A stretch of DNA of 64,000 bases, from NCBI GenBank assembly GCA_016204335.1, contig JACQKU010000008.1, positions 10,913 through 74,912 of the forward strand, given 5' to 3'. Source of the DNA: Candidatus Liptonbacteria bacterium (GTDB taxonomy: Bacteria > Patescibacteriota > Minisyncoccia > UBA6257 > 2-01-FULL-56-20). A model generated the notes under the pieces. The model was given only the letters and a program-made list of their open reading frames with translations, ran no database searches and was not told the origin of the DNA. Shown in pieces: positions 44,906-53,932 of this stretch (position 1 is the stretch's first letter; each line of letters opens with the position of its first letter). Position numbers and translations under genes: made by a program.

Positions 44906-46300
44906 ATGCCTTCACAGAAAAGGAGAACAAAGCCCAACGTCATTTTTATTGTCATCGACGGACTGCGCGCCGACCATCTCGGCTCGTTCGGCTACCGCCG
45001 CCCCACGAGCAGATTTTTGGATGCGTTCGCGAAAAACTCGGTTAATTTCCGTTCGCACTTTTCAAACAGTTCTCAATCGGCGCCGGGATTTTTTTCTATT
45101 TTTGCATCGGCATATCCTTTTATGCGGAGCGATTGGACGACGACCAAGGGTCCTTATGAATTTTTAAGTGAAGTTTTTCGAAAAAACGGTTACAAAACTG
45201 CAGGATTCGCCTGTTCTCCTTATATCTCTTCATTCTTCGGCTATGACCGCGGGTTCGACGATTTTTATTATTCCGGATGCCATGATGATTCGGATGCGGT
45301 GAAAAAAACCATAAAGTCGACATTACCCTCGCGGATGTTCGAAATGCTCAAGAAGTTTGTTAAAACCACCACTATCGGAAAAATGATGAATCGTATCAGA
45401 TTCCGTTTTTTAATGCAGCCCGCTTACAGCAATTCGGAAGCAATCAATGAAATCGTGGAAAATCATCTTTCTCGTAGCGATTGCAATGACAGGCCTCTTT
45501 TCGCGTGGATCCACTACTTGGATGCGCATGTTCCTTTTAGAAGCAAAAAAAATGATATTCGGGCGGTGGGAGGACGCTTTGGCGCGCGGCGCGCAAATTT
45601 TTTGGACCGTAAAGTATTCAGCTTTACACTCCTCAATCCTTTTGTCGATGAAGAACGGATGACCGTTCAAGAACTCAAAGACCTTGAGCTATGTTATGAC
45701 GCGCAAATTTACCGCGCCGATCGCAATCTCGAAAAATTGTTTTCAATGCTTTCGGAGAACGGTATCTCCCGGGAGAATTCCGTAATCGCGATTACCGCCG
45801 ACCACGGAGAGGGATTCGGGGAACACTTCGGCATAGGGCATACTATGCGTCTTTATGATGAGTTGGTGCATGTTCCTTTCTTTTTATCAGTACCGGGAGG
45901 AAAACCGCGCGAAGTTTATGATCTCACCAATCATATCGATATTGTGCCGACACTCGCCGCATCCGCGGGAATTTCTTTGCGAAGCCGTTTCATCAAAGGC
46001 AAAAATGTGCTTAAGGGTTCGGATACAAAGTATGTCTTTAGCGAAGTCGCGCCGAACCTCGGCGGCATGCTCTCTAAAATAGATTTTTCAAGAAGCGTGT
46101 TTTCCGTCCGCGGAAAGGAATGGAAATATATCAAGGATTATGCAAGGGAAAGAGAGGAACTTTACCATTTATCGGAAGATCCTGACGAGTTGAAAGATCT
46201 GTCGCAAACGGAAGTAGACGTTAAAAACAAACTTTGGAATTTGTTGAGAGTACATATCAAGAGGAAAACGAAAGCGGTGCCGTATCTTAAGGATGTCTAG
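44906..46300 (+). CDS. Sulfatase-like hydrolase/transferase (AlkP superfamily), lacking the canonical C/S-x-P-x-R motif
   Basis: PNVIFIVIDGLRADHL..GY...T, SSQSAPGF, WIHYLDAH.P, TADHGE.FGEH...GH...LYDEL.HVP, ELY.L..DP.E. Confidence 0.88.
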   Translation: MPSQKRRTKPNVIFIVIDGLRADHLGSFGYRRPTSRFLDAFAKNSVNFRSHFSNSSQSAPGFFSIFASAYPFMRSDWTTTKGPYEFLSEVFRKNGYKTAGFACSPYISSFFGYDRGFDDFYYSGCHDDSDAVKKTIKSTLPSRMFEMLKKFVKTTTIGKMMNRIRFRFLMQPAYSNSEAINEIVENHLSRSDCNDRPLFAWIHYLDAHVPFRSKKNDIRAVGGRFGARRANFLDRKVFSFTLLNPFVDEERMTVQELKDLELCYDAQIYRADRNLEKLFSMLSENGISRENSVIAITADHGEGFGEHFGIGHTMRLYDELVHVPFFLSVPGGKPREVYDLTNHIDIVPTLAASAGISLRSRFIKGKNVLKGSDTKYVFSEVAPNLGGMLSKIDFSRSVFSVRGKEWKYIKDYAREREELYHLSEDPDELKDLSQTEVDVKNKLWNLLRVHIKRKTKAVPYLKDV

Positions 46301-46333
46301 TTCTCTAGGCTTCAAAGGTTCCTTCAATAGTAC

Positions 46334-47149
46334 TCAATCTTTCCCTTTCCAAAAAAATGTATTGTTAAGATCGACTATTTTGTGAACGTATCCCATTTTT
46401 TCTAATTTTTGCGTAATGAAGGGTGTCGGGTCTTCTATGAGAAGTTTTATATCGGGGTTGCGCCGTATTGTTTCCATTGCGCCCCGAAATACGGGGTCAA
46501 CTACGCCCTCAACGTCAATCTTTATAAAGTCAGCGCGCTGGGGGCTTATATCGTCTATCCGGACCGCATCGACACGATACTCGCGTATTGTCTTATCGTC
46601 ATCTTTGCCGAAATTCGATCCTATTTTATGTTCATAATCTTTTCTTGGATCTTCCATACTTGACCATGTCCACGCATCTCCGACAACATACAGAGTTTTC
46701 TTCTCTTGAGAATCAGACGCGGCGGCTTGCTTTGAAGACACAACATTCTCGAAGCCATTTTCTTTAATGTTTTTGGTAAGAAGCGCGAAGCTGTTTGGTT
46801 CCGGCTCTATTGCAACTACCTTTCCCGTTTCACCCACCAATTTCGCCGCAATGAGCGTGAACCATCCTATTGATGCTCCGATATCAATGAATACCCCACC
46901 CTCTTGCAAGTTCTTAAAAAGTAATTGAGTGGACTCCGGTTCTTTGGCACCGAATTTTTCCGCCAATGATTCACGTGGGTCAAGCCAAATTTTTAGTCCG
47001 TGCTTGTGCACAAACGATTCTTTTTTGCCTTTCAAAAATTTCTCGAAACGAACATTTAAATTTCGTATCCATGTAATTTTACTAAGACCCAAGCCGCGCA
47101 CTATATGGCGGCGGAAAAATATATAAATTTTGATTAAGATTTTTTTCAT
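46334..47149 (-). CDS. FkbM-family methyltransferase
   Basis: FIDIGASIGWFT, VVAIEPEP, DFIKIDVEG. Confidence 0.92.
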   Translation of the reverse strand: MKKILIKIYIFFRRHIVRGLGLSKITWIRNLNVRFEKFLKGKKESFVHKHGLKIWLDPRESLAEKFGAKEPESTQLLFKNLQEGGVFIDIGASIGWFTLIAAKLVGETGKVVAIEPEPNSFALLTKNIKENGFENVVSSKQAAASDSQEKKTLYVVGDAWTWSSMEDPRKDYEHKIGSNFGKDDDKTIREYRVDAVRIDDISPQRADFIKIDVEGVVDPVFRGAMETIRRNPDIKLLIEDPTPFITQKLEKMGYVHKIVDLNNTFFWKGKD

Positions 47150-47245
47150 TTTTTATCGCGCATTCGGTTGTCCCTTGTCCATTTTTTATTCCATTTATTT
47201 TGTTATATTGGTGATGATAATGTGCAAGCGTTATGCGCCCATTAA

Positions 47246-48355
47246 TTATGAATTCGCGTAAAACTCTTTTATTTTTTCAATAACCTCATCTTTTTGTTCT
47301 TTGGTGATATGCGATGCTGACGGAAGTTGGAGCCCGTTCGCGCCGTAGTGGTCAGCCCACTTGAAATCACCCTTGTCGTTGTAAATCGGCTGGGCATGCA
47401 TGGGGATAAAGAATGTCCTTGTTTCTATCCCGTTCTTCGCAAGATATTCCATTAGCTCGTCGCGCCGCGGCGCCAAGAGTCCGAACATCCAAAATACGCA
47501 AAAAGTGTTTAGTGGTTCGGGAAAGAACCTTAATCCGGGGATATTTTTTAGGCCGTTCAGGTAATATTTCGCATTCGCCCTTCTTTTCAGAACCAATTCA
47601 TCAAGCCGCTTTAGTTGCGCAAGACCAAGTGCGGCACCTAACGCGGACATTCTAAGATTCCAGGCGATCGTTTTATGCCAGAAGTGTTTTTCATCATCAA
47701 AGTCATAACCTCGTATGTGGCGGAGCTTGTCGGTTAATTCGTAGTTATTCGTAAGGATCATACCTCCTTCTCCTGTGGTCATTATTTTGTTGGCATAAAA
47801 AGAAAAACAACTTGCTTCGCCGAATGTTCCCATAAGTTTTCCTTTGTATTTTGCGCCGTGTGCTTCGGCTGTGTCTTCGATAACAAGTAGATTATGTTTT
47901 TTAGCGATATCCATTATTTTGGACATGTCGCATGGTTCGCCGTATGCATGCACAGGCATGATGGCGCGCGTTTTTACAGTTATTTTTTCCTCAATTTTAC
48001 TTGGGTCGATGTTGAAACTTTTTTCGCTGGAGTCCACGAAAACAGGTGTCGCGCCGCAGTGGCTTACGGCTCCAGCGGTTGCCACCATTGTAAAACTTGG
48101 CATAATCACCTCATCGCCAGGAACAATTCCAAGCGCTTTCAGAGTCAAAAAAAGCGCGGAGCCGCCGGAATTCACGGCCACTGCATACTTCATCCCGAAT
48201 TTTTCCGCAAATGCGTCTTCCAGTTTTCCAACCGGCGAGGCTATCGAAGAGATTTCTTTGTTTTTTATGGCATCAACCACATAATTTATCTCAAGCTCTG
48301 ATATGTCCGGTTCGCAGACGCGGATTTTCACCGGATATTTATTGACACTGGGCAT
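47246..48355 (-). CDS. DegT/DnrJ aminotransferase (GDP-perosamine synthase-like)
   Basis: NSG..AL, PVH.YG, IED.AEAHG, FSFYANKIMTTGEGGM; adjacent to gmd. Confidence 0.92.
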   Translation of the reverse strand: MPSVNKYPVKIRVCEPDISELEINYVVDAIKNKEISSIASPVGKLEDAFAEKFGMKYAVAVNSGGSALFLTLKALGIVPGDEVIMPSFTMVATAGAVSHCGATPVFVDSSEKSFNIDPSKIEEKITVKTRAIMPVHAYGEPCDMSKIMDIAKKHNLLVIEDTAEAHGAKYKGKLMGTFGEASCFSFYANKIMTTGEGGMILTNNYELTDKLRHIRGYDFDDEKHFWHKTIAWNLRMSALGAALGLAQLKRLDELVLKRRANAKYYLNGLKNIPGLRFFPEPLNTFCVFWMFGLLAPRRDELMEYLAKNGIETRTFFIPMHAQPIYNDKGDFKWADHYGANGLQLPSASHITKEQKDEVIEKIKEFYANS

Positions 48356-48369
48356 ATAAGTTTGTTATC

Positions 48370-49338
48370 TTATTTAGATTTTTTTTGCAAGTCGGCCAAA
48401 TCTGCTTCCACCATTAGCTTCACAAGTTCTTTGAATTTTATTTTTGGACTAAAACCAAATGCGTTTTGCGCTCTTGAGATATCGCCTACGAGTGCCGTGT
48501 TTTGCGCCGGCCTTAAAAATTTCGGATTTATTTTGACATATTTTTGAGAGTCAAGTCCGACGGTGGCAAAGGCCTCGTCTACGAATTCTTGCACCGAGTG
48601 CGCTTCTCCGGTGCAAATGATATAGTCATCCGCTTTTGGCTGTTGCATGATGTTCCACGCCGCCTCCATGTATTCTTCGGCGTAGCCCCAGTCGATTTTA
48701 GCCGAGAGGTCACCCAATTCAAGAACATCCTGGAGGCCGAGCGAAATTCGAGCGACGGACTTGGTTATCTTTCTTGTGACGTATTCGTCTGGTCTCCGCG
48801 GCGATTCGTGATTGTAAAAAATGGCAGTGGCAACGAACATGTCATACGCTTCGCGATAAAAGCGGCTTACGACGTAGGCCAGGACTTTAGCGCATGCATA
48901 GGGGCTCTGCGGCCGAAACGGAGTGTTCTCGTTCTGCGGATGTTCCGTTGCCTTGCCGAAGACATTCGAAGTGATGGGCTGGAAGAATTTTATGTCCGGA
49001 TTTACTTGTTTTACGATTTCAAGAATTTTTCCGACAGCCACGCCGGTAACATTATATTGATATTCCACGATGTCAAAACTCCAGCCAGCGTGGTCCTGGT
49101 CGGCTTCGTTGTAGATTTCTTCCGGATTAACTTCGCGGATTACCTTCCAGAGCGAGTTCGTGTCCAAAAGGTCGCCGCGATGAAGTATCAAAGAGTCCTT
49201 TATGTGTTCAATGTTTTTGGTGTTGCCGGTCGCGGTGCGCCGGATAAACCCGTGGACTTCGTATCCTTTTTCAAGAAGTATTTCGGCAAGATATGACCCG
49301 TCTTGCCCCGTGATGCCTAAAATGAGAGCTTTTTTCAT
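48370..49338 (-). CDS. gmd: GDP-mannose 4,6-dehydratase-like (second, divergent copy)
   Basis: [29 protein letters not shown]...YVTRKI, DWGYAEEY. QPITSNVFG replaces QASSSEMFG. Confidence 0.85.
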   Translation of the reverse strand: MKKALILGITGQDGSYLAEILLEKGYEVHGFIRRTATGNTKNIEHIKDSLILHRGDLLDTNSLWKVIREVNPEEIYNEADQDHAGWSFDIVEYQYNVTGVAVGKILEIVKQVNPDIKFFQPITSNVFGKATEHPQNENTPFRPQSPYACAKVLAYVVSRFYREAYDMFVATAIFYNHESPRRPDEYVTRKITKSVARISLGLQDVLELGDLSAKIDWGYAEEYMEAAWNIMQQPKADDYIICTGEAHSVQEFVDEAFATVGLDSQKYVKINPKFLRPAQNTALVGDISRAQNAFGFSPKIKFKELVKLMVEADLADLQKKSK

Positions 49339-49411
49339 GCTTGTCAATTTTACCATCTTATCAACTCTTGAGAAAATATGAAAGAGGAGATGGATTGTCC
49401 TGCCCCGTTAT

Positions 49412-49921
49412 TCATTTCCTCCGGCGCCGATTATGAAAATGCCGCGCGATAAATCGGCGATGGATGGTAATCATCTTTCGCGGCAGGCGCGATGCGTCCC
49501 AAAATTTCATGTCCGCGGTTTCCCGAACCGTTTTCCTTGGCTCGCAAAGAACGTACACCGAGAGCGGTCGTCCGTAGGGATGTTCGCCTTCGCGCCATTT
49601 ATCGGCATCGAGGACTTCGAGATACTTCACATCGAAATCCAACTCGCGTTTTGCGACGCGCGAGCAGGTTTCCTGGATCGTTTCATTCCAGATATTATAG
49701 CCGCCAGGAATGTGCCAATAGCCGCGCGCGAATTTCCCCTGATAGGGCGTGAGAAGTATCTCGGCGCCATGCGTGCGTTTGCGGAGGATCACGAGTTCCG
49801 GCGCCCACATTGAAACCGCGCCATGGAGCGGTTCGAACGCTTCATCGGGAATAAAAAAATTTTGCTCGGGTATTTTTTTGAGGAGCCGCGCCAGTGTTTG
49901 CGCTTCTTTTTTCGTCATCAT
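49412..49921 (-). CDS. NUDIX hydrolase
   Basis: WHIPGGY....ETIQE.C.RVAKREL. Confidence 0.82.
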   Translation of the reverse strand: MMTKKEAQTLARLLKKIPEQNFFIPDEAFEPLHGAVSMWAPELVILRKRTHGAEILLTPYQGKFARGYWHIPGGYNIWNETIQETCSRVAKRELDFDVKYLEVLDADKWREGEHPYGRPLSVYVLCEPRKTVRETADMKFWDASRLPRKMITIHRRFIARHFHNRRRRK

Positions 49922-50070
49922 GTCGTTCTCATCATAACCGATTTACCGAAGAATGAAAAAAAGGATGTGGTTCGCTCTTCCGTGAATCGAAAACTCCTCG
50001 CTAAATTGTGAGCAATTTCTTCTCCGTTTCCATCGCGGTGATTTGGAGGTGCCTTCTTTTAAAAATGGAA

Positions 50071-50104
50071 GAGGGGAACGCGGCGATGTCGTCGCGTCCC
50101 CCTC
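50071..50104 (-). terminator. Probable terminator of the first HD gene
   Basis: GAGGGG.ACGCGGCGA/TCGTCGCGT.CCCCTC stem followed by TTCCATTTTT on the minus strand. Confidence 0.55.
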
Positions 50105-50162
50105 GGTGCTTCCCCGCGCGTCCTCCTGGTGCCGGGGTTTTCTGACCATATCGGCCGGTGCT

Positions 50163-50900
50163 CTAGTCGCCGAACGGGTAAGGTATGATTCCCTCCTCCT
50201 CGAGCTGGTCGCGGAGGCCGTCCGTGACCAGGCGGAAGATCGCGGCCCGCTTCGCGGCGAGGAGCTTCCCGAGCTGGGTGCGGATGCACACGCCCGACTC
50301 GGAATCGACCCAGTCGAGCGAGTAGGCGATGTCCCGGAACACCGTCCTCGGTGCCTGGTACGTTGCCTCAGGGTCGTCGAGGAAGTGTTTGTAGTCGACG
50401 ACCGGCAGATCCGCATAGTGCTGACCGGACCTTGCGAAAAGATCGCCGTCCAAGTTCACGATCCGGTCGGCGTCCATCAGCGCGATGAGCACCGGCGAGT
50501 CGTTCGAAGAGTTCTTGCCGTCGTGGCCGAGGACTGCGGCCACGATAGCATCCACTTCGGGGCCGTAGTAGCCGAAGACCGGCTCCGGGACGTGCCCATA
50601 CGCGGATGGGCGAGTCTCGGTCATAAGCCAGCTCTTGACGAGCCGGCTCGTTTCGTCAGTGGGCACTTCGCGCCGGCCAACGCCGAGCTTCTTCTGTATC
50701 ACCTTGTCGGCGTTGTGGCAGAGCCCGGCTACACCGGCGAGCTCAGCGGTCTGCTTGTCGGTCTCGTTGAGGCCGATCTGGTAGGCGATCTGGCCTACCC
50801 GCGCGGCGTGCACCCAATCGTGGTGCCCGACGAGACCGACTTCCTCGTGGCTCTTGTGGACTGCAGCGAACAAATCGGGGAACATCTCCCAGATTCTCAC
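50163..50900 (-). CDS. HD-fold phosphohydrolase-like protein 1 (HN variant)
   Basis: HDWVHAARV, LCHNAD, AVLGH, LMDADR. GTG start at 50900 after GGAGG. GC-rich. Confidence 0.85.
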   Translation of the reverse strand: MRIWEMFPDLFAAVHKSHEEVGLVGHHDWVHAARVGQIAYQIGLNETDKQTAELAGVAGLCHNADKVIQKKLGVGRREVPTDETSRLVKSWLMTETRPSAYGHVPEPVFGYYGPEVDAIVAAVLGHDGKNSSNDSPVLIALMDADRIVNLDGDLFARSGQHYADLPVVDYKHFLDDPEATYQAPRTVFRDIAYSLDWVDSESGVCIRTQLGKLLAAKRAAIFRLVTDGLRDQLEEEGIIPYPFGD

Positions 50901-51119
50901 TTGCCCCTCCCTTCGGGTTAGAGTCGTTGCAAGAGCAGTTCGTCGGCAGAGATACACTCCGCCGTCAAACCGCCGGTTTTCGGTAAGGACGATACACATA
51001 CTTCCTTTCTTCAGTCGTATTCACTTTTCAAGGGCTGATATAGCGAAAGGGGCCAGGTCCGCCGAACTGCTTTTAGTGAAACATAAATCAAAAGATATGT
51101 CAAATCACCGCTCCCCCCG

Positions 51120-51821
51120 TTAATTCTTTTTTCGCGAAAACGGATACGGCCGAAGGCGGCTTTCCTTCAGCTGGTTTTCTATGTCCTGCATGAATATTTT
51201 GAGAAATGCGAACCGCTTCGCGCCGATTTTTTTTGCCTTGGGGAGCCGGAGCCATTTTTTCCACTCAAGCGAGTATGAGATGTCTTTTCCGACTGACTCG
51301 GGATGACGATAACTCGATGAGGGATGGTGGAACAGATGAATATAGTCAAGAACTGGAAGGTGTTCGAGCTCCTTCGCGCTCCGAAGGCACAGGAGCGCGC
51401 CGACATTCGCGAGACGATCCGCGTCTTTGAGCGCTACGGTTACTTTGCTGTCGCGCGGATCGTTTCGTTTGCGATGCTCCATTACTGCTTCGATCACCAA
51501 TTGTTTGTCGTTATGGTTGAGTGTGGTGTATTGTAAATATTGGATAAGTTTTTTCCGGACAAGAGTATCAAGGGTATGCTTTTTTCGGAAATGTTCCGGA
51601 ACGAGACCTCGTTCGATAAGATGATCCGTATTGTGGCATATTCCGGCAACCCACGCGAGTTTGGCTGTTCGCGCGTCGTCTGCGATGCGAACGCTGTAAT
51701 TCGCGACCATCAGCGCGTGCTCAAAGTCATGCCCGCTCTCGCTTGCCCTCACTTTTTCGTGATCGCGAATGACCATAGTAAGAAGTTCCGTGTATTTTTT
51801 GATGAGTGTTTCGATGGACAT
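51120..51821 (-). CDS. HD-fold phosphohydrolase-like protein 2 (HN variant)
   Basis: HDFEHALMV, ICHNTD, AVMEH, LKDADR. Confidence 0.85.
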   Translation of the reverse strand: MSIETLIKKYTELLTMVIRDHEKVRASESGHDFEHALMVANYSVRIADDARTAKLAWVAGICHNTDHLIERGLVPEHFRKKHTLDTLVRKKLIQYLQYTTLNHNDKQLVIEAVMEHRKRNDPRDSKVTVALKDADRLANVGALLCLRSAKELEHLPVLDYIHLFHHPSSSYRHPESVGKDISYSLEWKKWLRLPKAKKIGAKRFAFLKIFMQDIENQLKESRLRPYPFSRKKN

Positions 51822-51829
51822 GATTTATA

Positions 51830-52528
51830 TTATAGGAGGTGCTTGTATGTTGCGGGAAGCGGATACATCCCGATTGATTTCAATTGGCGCATAATATCGT
51901 TGAGCGCTTGGCGCATAAACTCGGCGCCCGGTTTGGAAATATGTTTTGCTTTCAGAAGCCGAATTTTCACCGATGGCTTCTCGGTCCATTCCAAAACATA
52001 GGTCAAATCTTCCACTGCTGTTTTTTCTTTGCCGAACGAATTTTTCAAGCGCATTGGCGAAACAAAATCGAAGAGCGACCTATTGTGATAATATTGCCCA
52101 ATGCGAAGGAGTACAATCGCGCCGAAATCCGCGATTCTGTCCGCGTCTTTCAGCGTTACGGTTACCCTATCATCGTTCGGATCATTTTTTTTCGTGTGAT
52201 TCATCACTGCCCGGAAAACGATTTCTTTTTCTGAAGCCGTGAGGGGAGTTTTTTGAAGATGCGCCTTAAGTATTCGCGGGGTGTTTCTGTTTCCGAACAA
52301 GCGGTCAGTGTTGTGGAGAATTGCCGCCAGCCAGGCAAGCCGCGCGGTTTTTTTATCCGGAGCGATTTTGAGCGCGGTGTTTGCCACGCGGAACGTATGC
52401 CCGATGTCGTGATGATGCCCCACTTTTTTCACTCGCGTTTTATGATCGCGCGATACTCGAGCAAGAAGCAGATGAAATTCTTTTCCCAAAGAAGGAAGCA
52501 GATAGGTAAAATCTTTCGAATTTCTCAT
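51830..52528 (-). CDS. HD-fold phosphohydrolase-like protein 3 (HN variant)
   Basis: HDIGHTFRV, ILHNTD, AVMNH, LKDADR. Confidence 0.85.
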   Translation of the reverse strand: MRNSKDFTYLLPSLGKEFHLLLARVSRDHKTRVKKVGHHHDIGHTFRVANTALKIAPDKKTARLAWLAAILHNTDRLFGNRNTPRILKAHLQKTPLTASEKEIVFRAVMNHTKKNDPNDDRVTVTLKDADRIADFGAIVLLRIGQYYHNRSLFDFVSPMRLKNSFGKEKTAVEDLTYVLEWTEKPSVKIRLLKAKHISKPGAEFMRQALNDIMRQLKSIGMYPLPATYKHLL

Positions 52529-52647
52529 CCCGTTAGAGACAGGTCGCCTCGGGCGACCGTAATTCAGCGGTTTTTACTGCAATCGCTTTTGGGACGGCAA
52601 GATAAGACATAGTTTAGAAATCATAGTATTGTTGTCTCTAACGGGAT
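52527..52647 (-). mobile_element. Family-A element supplying the stop of the upstream gene and the start of HD protein 3
   Basis: 15-bp IR ATCCCGTTAGAGACA / TGTCTCTAACGGGAT and hairpin GGTCGCC-CGA-GGCGACC. Confidence 0.88.
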
Positions 52648-53855
52648 TTCTTCCCGATAATTCTGAATCGAGGAATCGGGACGATGAATTTTCCTCCGTT
52701 TTTGAGCCAGATTTGCTCGCGCTTCACGAATGTATCCGTGAACGCCCACGGCAAAATCAAAAAATAGTCGGGATTTTTTTTGCGCGCTTGTTCCTCGGAA
52801 ACGATAGGAATGTTTGTGCCAACGGTGAACTTGCCCCATTTTACTTTGTCTTTGTCGGCGGCGGCTGTGATTAACTTTGACGTGAGTCCATAGTATTGGA
52901 GAATGGTGTTGCCTTTTGTTGACGCGCCGTAGGCATAAACTGTTTTGCCTTTTTCAACTTCGCGTTTGATGAACTCAACGCACTTCCTTTTGTTTTCTTC
53001 GAGTCGCTTTGCGAAAGCGGGGTAATCGAATTTCGGCTCCGGATATTTGACGCTTCCCTTGTTTAGTTTTCGCGCGAACAAACGATAACTTCCTCCGTTT
53101 ATGGAATTTTCTTCGACTTTGAATATCTCGAGGCCGTTTTTCTCAAACAGGTACATCAGCGACGGATAAGAATAAAATTCAAGATGTTCGTGGCAAATGT
53201 TGCCGACGTCGTTTTTTTCGATCATGGGTTTCAGCGTCATCAGTTGCGCGATGAATACGCCGTCGTCGGCAAGGGCTTGAGCGGCGTCGCCGACGAACTG
53301 CCCCGGATTTTCCATATCGTAAAACATTCCGATGGCGGTGATGATTTTCGCTTTTGGAATCCCGAGTTTTTTATACGCCGCGTACGACCAGAAATCGTGA
53401 ATGATTTTGTCGGCGTGTTTTTTAAGCTTCGCTTGGAGATTGTTCGCGGGTTCGCAGGCGGCACGGATATAGTTCGGAGAGAAAAATTTCAAGAGCGTGC
53501 CGTCGTTCGCGCCGATATCCAAAACAACATCGTCTTTCTTGAGCTCCGCGAGTTTTTGGGAAACGCGGGCAATTTCTTTCAAATCGCTCACGATAACCGG
53601 ATTGACGGCGGACTGATACCAATAATGCCGTGAGTACATTATTTCTTGCGGGGCGGTATGTTTCAGTTGAAGCAAGCCGCACTTTGAATTTGAGCACAGA
53701 ACCAATTCCAGCGGCGCAAGTATCGGCTTTTTAGATTGTTTGGTTACGAAATCGGAAACCGCCAACTTCCCCAAAGAAAGAATTTTTTTGAGTTTTTTGC
53801 CTCCGCAGAGGCGGCAGGTTTTTCTTGTGATGTAAGATAGTTTTATTGCCTTCAT
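52638..53855 (-). CDS. NDP-hexose C3-methyltransferase (second copy)
   Basis: CRLC, LDIGANDG, CHEH, YGASTKGNTILQY. Confidence 0.92.
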   Translation of the reverse strand: MKAIKLSYITRKTCRLCGGKKLKKILSLGKLAVSDFVTKQSKKPILAPLELVLCSNSKCGLLQLKHTAPQEIMYSRHYWYQSAVNPVIVSDLKEIARVSQKLAELKKDDVVLDIGANDGTLLKFFSPNYIRAACEPANNLQAKLKKHADKIIHDFWSYAAYKKLGIPKAKIITAIGMFYDMENPGQFVGDAAQALADDGVFIAQLMTLKPMIEKNDVGNICHEHLEFYSYPSLMYLFEKNGLEIFKVEENSINGGSYRLFARKLNKGSVKYPEPKFDYPAFAKRLEENKRKCVEFIKREVEKGKTVYAYGASTKGNTILQYYGLTSKLITAAADKDKVKWGKFTVGTNIPIVSEEQARKKNPDYFLILPWAFTDTFVKREQIWLKNGGKFIVPIPRFRIIGKKSR

Positions 53856-53932
53856 TTTGATCGTAAGATACTGTATCATATTATTAATCTGCCGTTAAGC
53901 CAAGCGAGCTTTTCACGACACATTTTGCTTAA

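Noticed and set aside
50043-50921. 292-aa plus-strand ORF, and other long antisense ORFs (7716-8606, 25546-26439, 37220-38221, 41043-41828)
   Set aside because: Shadows of well-supported genes on the opposite strand; no recognisable motifs.
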